Below are positions 12,521 through 24,387 of a DNA stretch of 64,000 nucleotides, in pieces (position 1 is the stretch's first letter; each line of letters starts with the position of its first letter). A program made the translations under genes and the position numbers. The notes under the pieces were generated by a model. The model had not been told where the DNA came from, ran no database searches, and saw nothing but the letters and a program-made list of their open reading frames with translations. Where the stretch lies: NCBI RefSeq assembly GCF_001194135.2, contig NC_068997.1, positions 11,242,793-11,306,792 on the forward strand, written 5' to 3'. The stretch is from Octopus bimaculoides (lineage: Eukaryota).

Positions 12521-13029
12521 TCATATGTCTCCAGAATTTGACATATCTTGCTTGTCATAGAAAAGCTTATCAGAAAGGTAGCGAGTTGGCAGAAACATTC
12601 ATACACAGAAAGTGCTTGGTGATATTTCTTCCGTCTTTACCTTCTAATCAGAATTCCTTCGCGGAATTTTCATCACCCTTAAATGGAATTTTCATCACTG
12701 TTAAAGAAGTAAATTTCATTTCCACAGAAAAATAAAATAAACAGATATAAACGCCATTATAAGGCGGTGGTGGGGTGGAATGAACTCAAGGAAGATCACA
12801 AACGAAATGGCAGGATATGACTGGTGTTGTCTTGTTATTGCAGCCATAATAGTTGTAGCTAATTGCTATTGACACTTTCAACATTAGTTCCTCTTTTGAG
12901 GTGGTGCTTCATTTTTAATTCCACATTTTCCATCTTCTCAGCATTCGAAGTTTCTATATAGAAATTAAATATTTCAAAACAAAAGCCTAGCAATCCGTCG
13001 GTTAAAATGACTTGTGTTCCGTGCAAATG

Positions 13030-13165
13030 TGACAAGGCTCGCCCTTGGAATTACAGGTACTAATCATTTTTGCCAACTGAATGGACTGCGCTGGACGAGA
13101 ACTTAACTCACAACCGTGAGTCGAGTACCCTAACAGATAAGACATGGGCTTTCACAATTTCTACA
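13030..13165 (-). mobile_element. SINE family C, degenerate fragment
   Basis: TTTTGCCAACTGAATGGACTG...AACTCACAACCGTGAGTCGAGTACCCTAAC resembles the reverse tRNA head and body at 28130-28263. Confidence 0.4.
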
Positions 13166-13379
13166 CATGTCTTGGTATAGCGTTACGGCTTCGTTGTGTT
13201 ATTAACTAATATCTGGCTGCTTGTTCCGTTTATTTTTACGTTTTCTATTTCATAAATTGTGACATAAAGCGAACGACGTTTGGCAGTTGTAAGTATTAAA
13301 ACCTTGAATTTTTTGTTTTTTTCGGGTGGTTCTAGTGTGGATTCACTTAACATGAAAGACGAAATATTTCAGGATAGGC

Positions 13380-13528
13380 ACTGTGTTTCGTAGCGTTGCT
13401 TCTCGACTACATTCTTTTGGGTTCAGCCCTCCTAAGTATCACCTTGGGCAAGTGTCTTCTACTATAACCTCGGGCCGACCAAAACCTTGTGAATGGATTT
13501 GGAAAACGGAAACTGAAAGAAGGCAATC

Positions 13529-13615
<87 letters not shown>

Positions 13616-13866
13616 CGTGCGTGAGAGTGAGTATCTTTTTATCTATATTTGTTTCCTCACCGGTCCTGATGTGTTGATGTCCCCGTAACTTAGCGGTTCG
13701 GTTAAAAAATTCGATACGGTAACTTAGCGGTTGGGTTAAAGAGATCTATTGTTTTTTTTTTAAAGAACAATAGATAAGCACTGTGGTCGATACATTCAAC
13801 TAAGATTCCTTCAAGAGATGCCCCAGCACGGCCGCAATTTAATAGCTAAAACATGTAAAAGATAAA
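13380..13866 (+). mobile_element. SINE family B, near full length, internal (TA)n(GT)n
   Basis: GGGTTCAGCCC B-box-like head, CACCTTGGGCAAGTGTCTTCTACTATA body, GTAACTTAGCGGTTCGG, tail CCCCAGCACGGCCGC...GTAAAAGATAAA. Confidence 0.8.
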
Positions 13867-14274
13867 CGGTTTGAATGAGGTATGCGAACAGTAGTTATAA
13901 TGAAACGGTACATACTACAACCTTTCATTTCCATGTTGCCATATTCCAAAATAACATCTACATTAAGGGAATGAATATCATTTTTGCCATTTTAGAATGA
14001 AATTACGATCGGTTACTGCCATTAATTTTAATAAAATATCGCTTTCCTGAAATGATGTTACTTAATATATTTTTTTCTCTCGAATAAACGAAATATTCTG
14101 TTTCATCACCTATACAATTGTAATTTTCCATATTTTAAAATATTGTTTCTGGAAAAGTTTGATTAATTTTCTTTTTGTTATTAAAACACTTCCATTCAAG
14201 TGACATTTCATTTTGATTTTAATAATCAGACTACAAAAGGTTTGTATTTCATCAATGCAAAGACGCAGGTGGAA

Positions 14275-14309
<35 letters not shown>

Positions 14310-16339
14310 GGATTATTTTAAGTAAAAATTACAGAGCAAGTCGGTAAAATACCGTAAAATGTCTTAGAGTTGCAAATTTAGTGTTAACGTAAACCTTTTT
14401 GCCTACGAGCTTCAAGCTACACGCTGCAGCACGATATGGTTTTAATATATTGAGCCTTCTAACCTCATCTCATTTTCTTTCCTCTTCTCTCTTCCCTTTG
14501 TTCATTTTATTTTATGCATTTGTATTCACTCTCAAGAAACTCGATGTATTACCTAAAATTGATATTGTATATAAAATTTTCTCACGAAGCAGTCAACTAA
14601 CATTTCGGTTGAACTGGAAAACGAATTAAGAAATAAACAATTCTATTTACCTAATCAAATTTTCATGCGTATTTTATTGCGTCGTTTTATTCCTCGTGCA
14701 TTTACCATTAAGTATATGCATTGCTGGCAAACATCCTAAATTTATGTAGAATGAAATCTAAATCTTTCGAAATTAGATTTTGTGAGGTTAATTGTAAAAA
14801 TGTTAAATGAAATAATTTCCCCAATGTTTTTTTCATTTATCTTATTCGCATTTCAAATATTCATATTATTTTCAAACTTATTTTGTGCTTTCCATATTCC
14901 TCATCTTTTTCCCTATTCAATGTTTTCCGTATGTTCACTACTGTAATGGGTTCTTATTTTCCTGCAAAAGATTCCAATTTAATTCAAGGTTACTTAATTC
15001 ACAATGTTCGTGACAGTATCAGAGAGCTTAAAACGTCACATCTCCCTATTTAACATACATGTTCATTGTCAAAATATAACCAACATTTTCACATTGAACT
15101 CTTCTGTCACTGCGTATGATAAGGTATTCATCTTACATTAAATCTTGAATTCTGTTCTCTTCTTTTCCGAATGTTTTTCTCGTGGTCGATGCTTTAGAAT
15201 AATCGAGAAAATAAATCAAAATTTATATTTTTATACGTTATACATTTCTCTTACATTTTCATACATCATCGCCCTTTTTTTCTTTCCAACTAATTTTCGG
15301 ATCAAACAATAACTTATTTTATAATATCTAGTAATTTTTCAATGCGTGAAATACGTTCAATACGTTCATATCTCTTGATAAATAGGCGAATGCTCTAGTT
15401 ACGCATATGCATCTATTTCTAAATGCAATACGGTTATGAGATAATCAGAAAGATTTACTAGTTTAGGAATTTCCTTTACAATTTTCAGAATGTTCTCTCC
15501 CCAAAGTTTTCATGAACGATGGAAATACATACCTATTATAAATGCAATCAAAAGTAACTAAAAAAAAAAGCCCAGTCTTTCATAGAGTAATTAGTCATCT
15601 ATCATGAAACAAATATTTGCTTCCCTTCTATAATTATATTTAAATTTTCTTTTCTCTTCCAGATAACGACTATGATGGCAAGTATTCTTGGAGCATAATT
15701 AGGAGTTTTATGGATGTAGACATAAAGTACATCTTACTCTATATAATTTATTTCTTACATTTGAAGCAATTGATAGCATGGCTAAGACACATTTGATGAC
15801 TTAGAAATATTAGTATTATAATTCAGAACATCTTTTCTCTATCATTAGCAATAACCATCAATATGTGTAAAATATCATAGACATATATTTCGATATTTTG
15901 TTTAATTGCCGTAAATAATCAGGTGTTTCGAATATATTGTCTAGACTGATATATAGCAGCGTTAGACTGTCAGGCTCTCATTTTTTTTTCAGTTATAAGG
16001 TTGGTGCAGTTAAAAGAGATTCATATATACTAAGATGATTATTAAGATAATTATAGTCGTAATGGTCATCATCATCATCATGAACGAAAACAACAACATG
16101 ATCATCATCACCTAAAACGACATTGGAAAAGCATATTTATTATTCGACGTCGTAGATATTTAAATTTGCGCTTCATATTTTCGAATCTTAAATTCATCCG
16201 ATGTGGCTAAACAAAATAAGCACCATAGTTCTAATGTGCCAATCAAATATATTATCAAAGGAGATGGATTATCATAGTAGATACTTATTAATGAAAATAG
16301 CTACTGAGAACCCGTTATATATACTGAAAAAACAAGACA

Positions 16340-16391
<52 letters not shown>

Positions 16392-16709
16392 AGCTCAGAG
16401 ATAGAATATGTAGAAATAAGAACTAAGTGATGGTTTTCAGTCATGCGGCGTAGATCAATAGACGGACATAGTAAGGACGTGAATGGTCATAAGTCTAATC
16501 GATTAAGAAGCGAAGAGCAGAGTTAGTAAGTTGTTTTATTAATGGAAGGCTATACATTCTAGAAACTTCCAAGAGAAACGGTAAGCTTCTTGTATAATTA
16601 TAAATCACGTCTCATGACACAGATATGTCGAGAAACTTAGGAAAGGGAGAGTACTCTATAAACTCTCTTGCAAGTGAGATGATTCAACTATTTAGCTACG
16701 TAGACCAAT

Positions 16710-17186
16710 ACATATGTATTCTCATGCATAAAGTTCCATATTTAGACATGCTCATATGTACTTAAATAATAAACTTCTGGAAAATTTTACAGATTTTTAC
16801 AGTTCTATTTATGGATTGGGTCCCTAGTCTTTCTGGGGATGAGACGCCTAATTTCTGAAGATTAGTATTTAGGCAGTGTGTTACATATGCTACTGCACCA
16901 ATAATTAAAGGTATAAACCTGAGGATAGAGTAAATGCAAATTTCGCAATAGTTCAGCGTAGGTATTTTCATTTTCGCTTACCTTTATTTTTATATTAACA
17001 TCCGCTCGACAGCGAATTTTCAAAACTGTACATAATTTCTCTTCCAGTCCCTGATCATTATATCAGGTCTCTTATGTTTAAATTTTATTGAGGGTTTTAA
17101 CCGGGTCTTTCCACCAGTTCTTTGTTTTATTATGAGTAGCAATAGCCTCCACATTGCTGAGGGTTCTTCGGGGTTATCCTTCCGAT
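16710..17186 (-). mobile_element. RLE non-LTR retrotransposon family 1, 5'-truncated, endonuclease domain plus 3' UTR
   Basis: frameshifted translation RKDNPE..VEAIATHNKTKNWWKDPVKT/SIKFKHKRPDIMIRD/EEKLCTVLKIRCRADVNIKIKVSENENTYAELLRNLHLLYP/RFIPLIIGAVAYVTHCLNTNLQKLG..TVKICKIFQKFII* (stop 16762-16764); RPD at 17062-17070. Confidence 0.8.
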
Positions 17187-17193
17187 GGATGGA

Positions 17194-17345
17194 TGTATAG
17201 TATGTATGCATGATATGTGTGTATGTGTGTAAGTATGTATGTATGTATGGATTATGTATGTATATGTATGCATTCATGCATGTATGTATGTATGTATGCA
17301 TGTATGTATGTACGTATGTATGTATGTATGTATATATGTATGCAT
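17194..17345. repeat. imperfect (TATG)n / (CATA)n microsatellite
   Basis: direct reading; adjoins the 5' end of the minus-strand RLE element. Confidence 0.95.
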
Positions 17346-18552
17346 ACACAGACAAGTAGATTTACAACAGTCGTTTGTTATAAAATATTTCATATCTCTT
17401 AATTCTATTGTCAGCAATGGTGAATTGACATTTGTAAGTAACATGTGTATTGAATTGATGTACTTTGTCTAGGACGACCTTTATATTTACCTATGTTAAA
17501 GTTATGGTGTTTTAACATGACATTATATAAACGGTTTCATTTTTAAGTATACCTGAATATCTGGAGAGATTAGAGCATCTATGAGTATGTACATCAGACC
17601 TTACTGCAGTCTCGTGAATTGCCACTCAGATCAGACTGGCTAGTAATTCTCAGTGCTTTGTAGGATTTGAATCGGCAGTAACATTTAAGATCTGTGTGAT
17701 ACATATGTGTCCAATAGTTCTCTGATAGATTTACGTACGTCATATGTCTAAACATACATCTGTTAAATATTTACAAACAGCTACGTATTTTTTCTTCGGA
17801 ATAGTCTTACAGTTCGTTATAATCTTTTAAATTCGACAAAGGCGTATCCGTTTAGAGACGAAATAATGTACGATACCATTTAATAGTGCCATCATAATGT
17901 TCCTGGATTGACCTATTACCTTGGCTGAGATTAGTCAGGGAAACCATTGTAAATCGCATTTCAAGCTGACTTCATTTACCAAGCCATGATGTATTAGAGC
18001 AATACTGACTCTCTTAATGATTCGCTTAAATATAGTGGATGGAACCTCGTTCAAAGTTGTAGAAAGCAATACTTCTAAAATCCATTAATTACTAAGAATG
18101 TAATACACCAGAATAGGCTCAATGGGGCAACAATTGGGGATGTTTCCTTGCTGGAAATCATTGACATTATCATTAATACAATTAAAGCTACAGTCATTAT
18201 AAGGCGAACATCTAATGATAAATTACTGACTACACATTTGCATTTACATATAAATTATGCACTTAAGAGATACACGAATGTGTATAGATATTCAGGTGCA
18301 GGCATAGACATAGCATTAGAATGTTTTGTAATCCCCTGGCACAGTGCAACGCGTATTTAGTGTGCAGTAAAGTAGCTTTTTAGCTATATTAACAGTATTG
18401 CATTATACTACTATTGTTTCATTTTTTCGCTTAATCTATTTGTCAGCATACTATCTGCTTTAATACTTGCACAGCCGTCATTTGCCAATGTTACTGAAGT
18501 AGTACCGATGCAATGTAATTATATTATATTATCTTGCATTATATACAGACTA

Positions 18553-18553
<1 letters not shown>

Positions 18554-18634
<81 letters not shown>
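18554..18634. repeat. (GATA)n microsatellite
   Basis: direct reading. Confidence 0.95.
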
Positions 18635-18635
<1 letters not shown>

Positions 18636-19207
18636 CAGAGAGAGAGGGGGTGAACAGACATGGTATATAGATACATACAGATATTAATGAATATGTATAG
18701 AATTATCGAACGGTAAAATTAATATTTTCATTTAAAGATGTTAGAAAATATTTGAACATATCTCTCCCAAGACAGAAATATATGAAAATAATATAGGAAG
18801 TTAAGAGAAACATTATATTTAAAAAGTCAAAAGAACACAAACCTGTGCATTCCATAAAAAAAAAGATGAGACAAGTCCAATTTTGCATCATGATCGTGTT
18901 AAATGTTTCATAATGGCCAAACTACTTACCACGGATTTTTAGTTAGTCTTCGGTACATATCTTAATATACTGGATATCTAACTAAATATTTTCTTGAATA
19001 GGCTCATATTTTCTCATTCGGTTTGATCTGGCACTCATCGCAGTTTACAGAATCAAAAGTTATCACTTCTTTTGAATAAATACTTGCAGGTTTTCGAAAT
19101 GTTAATGCTTAAAATAAACAAATACGTTATCACAAGAAAATATTTGCTGCTTCAGGAAACACCGAATTGTGAAATGCCGCAAAACGTATATTGATTTATG
19201 TGATGCA

Positions 19208-19212
<5 letters not shown>

Positions 19213-19273
<61 letters not shown>
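19213..19273. repeat. (ATT)n microsatellite with no inserted element
   Basis: direct reading. Confidence 0.95.
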
Positions 19274-19275
<2 letters not shown>

Positions 19276-19924
19276 TTTATTATAGAAGCTTCTGTTAACG
19301 TTGTTTCTTCATTGTTTTACATTTAAAGGTATGTACACATAAACGCACAGATATTAAACATTATTTTGTGATTGCACATCGGTGCTTTATTTTATTGGAT
19401 TGTAAAGAAATGTATTAAATTTCTGTTTTTCATGACTGTCTTTAATTGCGTGGTAAGATGTAAGTCTAGATTTTTGTATTGACTTTCGCATTTCAAATAT
19501 TGTTTGCTTCAACACGAAAGATTGCTCTCACTTCCTTTAGCGTTCGATCAAACTGTCAAGCAATTATAGAATCGATTGAATCCCTCCTACCGTAAAACAA
19601 AAGAATCATAACTGTGTAAGAAATTATTAATGCTGTGTACCAGTTATTTTAGAAGCAACCCCGAAACCATTTAGAGAATTATATTTCATGAAGTTAATCC
19701 CTGGATGGTGAAAATTCTTATAACATTTTCAGCTTCAATAGATTTGCTGCACTGATGCTGAAAATGCAGTCTTTTCTTTCGCAGGAAAATTATGGCAAAG
19801 GAATCCATGAAATAGAATGTAGTCTACCTAATACAACCATGGATAAAGTTATAGTGTGTAGGAAGATAAAGATATAGGTCTAGCATCTGTAAAAACTTAA
19901 TTATCGTAGAATATTCCTGGTACT

Positions 19925-20290
19925 TAATACATCGTCCTGGTGAAGTTGCGAACTCTTCAGACAAAATTATGTCCGAATAATAACAGATAAAACTACTTGG
20001 TTTAAGGTTTATATTTTCATGAATTCTCGTTTGCACTGTTCCAAAATCAATGCAGCATTTATAATATTGATATTCAGCTGTACTCTGCAATGGGAAATAG
20101 CTTCAGATCACTAGGCAATACTTAGAGCATCGACGAAGGTGAACAGTTCGTCAGTATATACAATAACTTCGAATCCAAATGGAAGCCATCACTTTGGCCT
20201 TACTTCTTCAGTTCTGATGCCATCTACAGCTGTCAGTATTCTTTTGCTGCTCATAAACGTACCACTTATGCCCCAAGTTTTATTCAGGAT
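19925..20290 (-). pseudogene. fossil mariner-type (DD34D) transposase fragment
   Basis: ordered degenerate motifs with stops and frameshifts: NKTW (~DETW, ~20272-20285), KAKVMASI-WDSKVIVYTD (~AGKVMASVFWDAKGIVFID, ~20150-20200), LHQDDV (~FHQDNA, 19928-19945). Confidence 0.45.
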
Positions 20291-21465
20291 TTAATCAGTA
20301 CTGGAATATTTTAATAAGAAGGAAAATTGTAAACAAGTATTTCATTACAAGATGTCTATTTTCTGATATGCTTCATATTTCCTATTCGTGTGTCCTAATA
20401 TAAACAAGCGCTGAATTTTGATAGAATTGTATTTTGCCTGTATATAAAACAAGAACATATCAAGGCGATACCATTCCAATAAATTCATCAAATAAATGCT
20501 TTAAGAAATCGAACCTCTGCTTACTCGAACCTGACCTGGCACTAATTATGTAAATAGAAACGCCTTTCTTCTGTGTGTATCCAAATTGCTCACAGTATAT
20601 TACTATATAAGACACGTCTAATTAATGCCGATAATTCCAATAAACGAAGCAATAACTCATTTTAAACCGAAGACGGAAACATATGATCGGTAGATTCTTC
20701 CTTTCGGAAAATCTTGAATAGATTAGCAATGAATACATGGTTGAAGTGATACTAAACACCTGCTTCTCAATTGTAAGAAATGTGATATCATTATCTCATT
20801 GAAATAGTGTCTGTAATGAGTATGCTTATCTATCAGTAAATTGGGTGCAATTATATAGTTAAAACTATTTTCAGAAATATGCAACAATATGAACAAATGT
20901 GAAATTCTCATAAGCAAAGATTATTAGTCACGTAAAGCTCTTCTTATGAAGCTCAATAATGAACAATTTCAGTTTCAAATACCGCATTCGAAATCACCGA
21001 AGCCACAATTTGAATGTAGCCAAATTAATCCTGAAGCTTATTCTCATTTATCTTTTAGGTGCTGAATGAAAGTGCTCAGTTGAACAGAAGAAGAAAGAAA
21101 GAAAATACTTAAACGAATTTATTAAAATATGTAATGGAAATTACACATCGTTATTCTATAAAAATGGTATCACGAAACAAACATAATGTGTGTTAAAAGA
21201 TTGTGTACGAGAAAGTGTAAGATGAAAAGGAAAAATTATCTCAATAAATGGCCTGAAAATGAAATACCAAAACATACTAATATCATATCTCCTTGTATGA
21301 ACTTCTACTCATAAAAACAAAAGTAGTCAAGTAAAAAACGAAAAGAGCCACGTAGTTCTCACCTAAAGATAATAAAGATGAGAGTAAGGTTTAGGCTCAT
21401 ATAAAAGCCAATAATGTACTTCAGCACAAATGAATCAAATCAATATCATTATTATAAAACCATAT

Positions 21466-21682
21466 AATGCATCGGGCTGGCAGAATGGTTGGCACGCCGG
21501 GCCAAATACTAAGCGGTATTTCGTCTATCTCCACGTTATAAGTTCAAATGCTGCCGAAATCAACTTCACCTGTCATCCTTTTAGGATCAATAAATTAAGT
21601 ACCAGTTACGCACTGGAGTCGATGTAATCGACTTAATCACCCCTCCCCCCAAATTTGAGGCCTTGTGATTCCAGTAGAAAGG
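21466..21682 (+). mobile_element. SINE family A (tRNA-derived)
   Basis: GCTGGCAGAATGGTTGG A box, GTTCAAAT B box, TCATCCTTTTAGGATCAATAAATTAAGTACCAG body, tail GTAGAAAGGATTATT. Confidence 0.85.
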
Positions 21683-21700
21683 ATTATTATAAAACCACAT

Positions 21701-21902
21701 AAGGCGGCGAGATGACAGACTCGTTAGTATACTGGGGGAAATGCTTAGCTGTATTTCGCTCGTTGCTATGCTCTGAGTTCAAATCCCGTAGAGGTTGACT
21801 TGCCTTTCATCCTTTCGGGATCGAAAACTTAAGTACCAGTTGAACACGGGTCGGTGCATTCAACTCATCCCCAAGCTACCCCTGTGGCAAAAATTTGAAA
21901 TA
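21701..21902 (+). mobile_element. SINE family A, second tandem copy
   Basis: starts AAGGCGGCGAG, GAGTTCAAATCC B box, GCCTTTCATCCTTTCGGG body, tail AAAATTTGAAA. Confidence 0.85.
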
Positions 21903-24172
21903 TTTATTATAAAACTGTATATTTTACCAAGACACATTTTGGATAGTTTGACATGATTGCTTAAACAAAATGCTGAATAAGTTGCTAAATCATTATTTTA
22001 ACATAATGGACTATCATAAAGTAAGTGAGAAAGGAACGAAAAGGAATATCAAAGGAATTTGAACGACTATTAATTATCATGCCGTGTTTGCAAATTACTA
22101 CTTTATCTTTAGATTCGCTAGTTGAAGGCTGAACATTATATTAAATGCATATATAATGTTGTTACAAATCACAACGAAATAGCTCAATAATTTATAAAAA
22201 CAAAATAACAATATTATAGCAAAAGAAGGAGAAGAGTCTGAGAAGAAGAATAAATAAATATCTTCCATTTTAATTCTAAGTAAAAATGGATGAACGTCAA
22301 TGATGAAAGAACTGAAGATCAAAGAAAAGTGGCTGATATTCGAAAATACGAATTAATGTGGGAAGAAGACACCAGACAAATGTTTGCTATAAAGAAAAGC
22401 ACAAATAAAAATTTACAATAGATTTTCTATTTAATTTTGCTCATCGCAAAACTACTTTTAATTTATACTTTTTTTATGAATAGCGCCTAATACACTTGAA
22501 AACAGTACGAAATGATACAACGTAATACTATATATCATACGGTATGATGCTCCGTGACATAAATTATTACGCTTTTATAAGAAATGCATTAAGTGATTAA
22601 TCTTGTTACTTATATACACAACACTATTTGCTGATGTTGATATGCAATCACGATATAAACGGAACAAAAGCACGCAGATAGTTTTCTCAAAAAATAAATA
22701 AACGCTTAAAACATTCTTTGGATAGTAACCTCAATACTTGAGTGTTACAAAGCGACGTCTAATTTAGATGTACACAATATATAGATTATAATATTGATAA
22801 TAAAGAATGCTTCCATTACAGCAAATATTCATCTAAGAGGTATGACTTTATAAGTTTGTTACGTTCATGATATTCCAGTCATTTGGGGTTATATTAAACG
22901 TGAAGGAACAACAGTATGACGGTCCAATGTTTTGTAAGGTTCGGTAATCTAGAAACGCATTAAGAAATATGTCATCACCGTTTCAAAGTGTGATTTGAGA
23001 AGAATGTTTTGCAGGGTTTCAAACTTGTAGTGTTATCATTGTAGACTAACTGGTTGTTATTACTAGCTGGTCTTACGTTGTCTCAAGTTATGTTACAATC
23101 TCTAACTTTGATGAATATAATGCAGACTCTATTAATGATATCTGATCCCTATCACGAAGTGATTATAACGGATGTTATAATCGTATTTCTTTGCTGATGA
23201 ATTAACCACAATAATACATGAAAAAAATGACAAAAATTAACATACATACAGTATCTAAAATAAATGTATTGCAAAAAAACCCCAAAAAACATAGAATCCT
23301 AGACATATTCAATATTTTCAGTACAATGGAAAAAGGAGAGCCAGAATAAAATTCTGATCTGACAGCTTTATGCAATGATACCCCAATAACGTAATTTCAG
23401 TTAAGGGAAAATTTGACATTTAGGTTCGCTCTGGGCTAAGTATTAGAAGAGAGAATCGAGTCGAATAAATAGCAAGTCTATTGCATGTGACTAAAAAGTA
23501 TATCTTATCACTTTCGGAAAAAGGTGAGACCAAGTTGGCATTGGCGTGATTCGAAATCAAGTTATAAAGGAACAGAATATATAATAATTCCGATTGCTAT
23601 TAGAAAACAACTATTTTCATCAATCTCTGCTCCATTAAAGACGAGATCAAGTCTGCTATGAATTAATTTGCATCCGAATACACGAAAATGATTTTTGTTC
23701 TGCTCTGGAGGTCAATAAATAATAAATAACCTGAAAAGACATTTTTATCCTTCTCATAGACATCTTTCATTCAATTAATATTTTACTAATCATTCCTGAA
23801 TCTAGGAATAACTGTACGGATAGCAGTTCACCTACTCGGTTTGTTAACTAATTTATATTTTATTGCAAAGAGATATAATAAATAGATTCATGAGGATATG
23901 ATAATATTATCTAATCAACATTTATTAGTTACTAGAATTTTCAAGAAAGATATTATTATTAACGCGTATACCCAAATGAGAGAGATTTATTTATTAGCGT
24001 TTGTTTATTCTAGAATATCAAATAAACATACTTTATGAAAAATAAAATGAAATGTTCACCATCGCTCGATGCCCAGTTATAAGTAATATCAGATCCAGTA
24101 TGGTGGCAATTGAACTGGGTAAAGATCTTGGCGACTTGGATAAATTCCATTTGCAATATTTGTTGTGGTTCT

Positions 24173-24387
24173 AAGGCGGTGAGCTGGCAGAACCCTTAGC
24201 GCGCCGGGTGAAATATTTAGCGGTATTTCGTCTGTCTTTGAGCTCTGTGTTCAAATTTCGCCGAAGTCGACTTTGCCTTTCATCGTTTCGGAGTCGATAG
24301 ATTAAGTACCAGTTGCGTACTGGATCGATCTAATCGACTGACTCCCTCCCCAAAAATTTCGGGCCTTGTACCTAGAATAGAAAAGAT
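24173..24387 (+). mobile_element. SINE family A, best-preserved copy, with TSD
   Basis: AAGGCGGTGAGCTGGCAGAA...GTTCAAATTTC...GTCGACTTTGCCTTTCATC...AAGTACCAGTT...TAGAAAAGAT; flanks TATTTGTTGTGGTTCT (24157-24172) and TATTTGCTTTGGTTCT (24388-24403), 14/16 identical. Confidence 0.9.

Noticed and set aside
19824-20305. Spliced minus-strand gene model (exon ending GAA|GTAAGG joined to the 88-aa ORF)
   Set aside because: The upstream exon has stops in all frames and the region is better explained as a fossil mariner transposase
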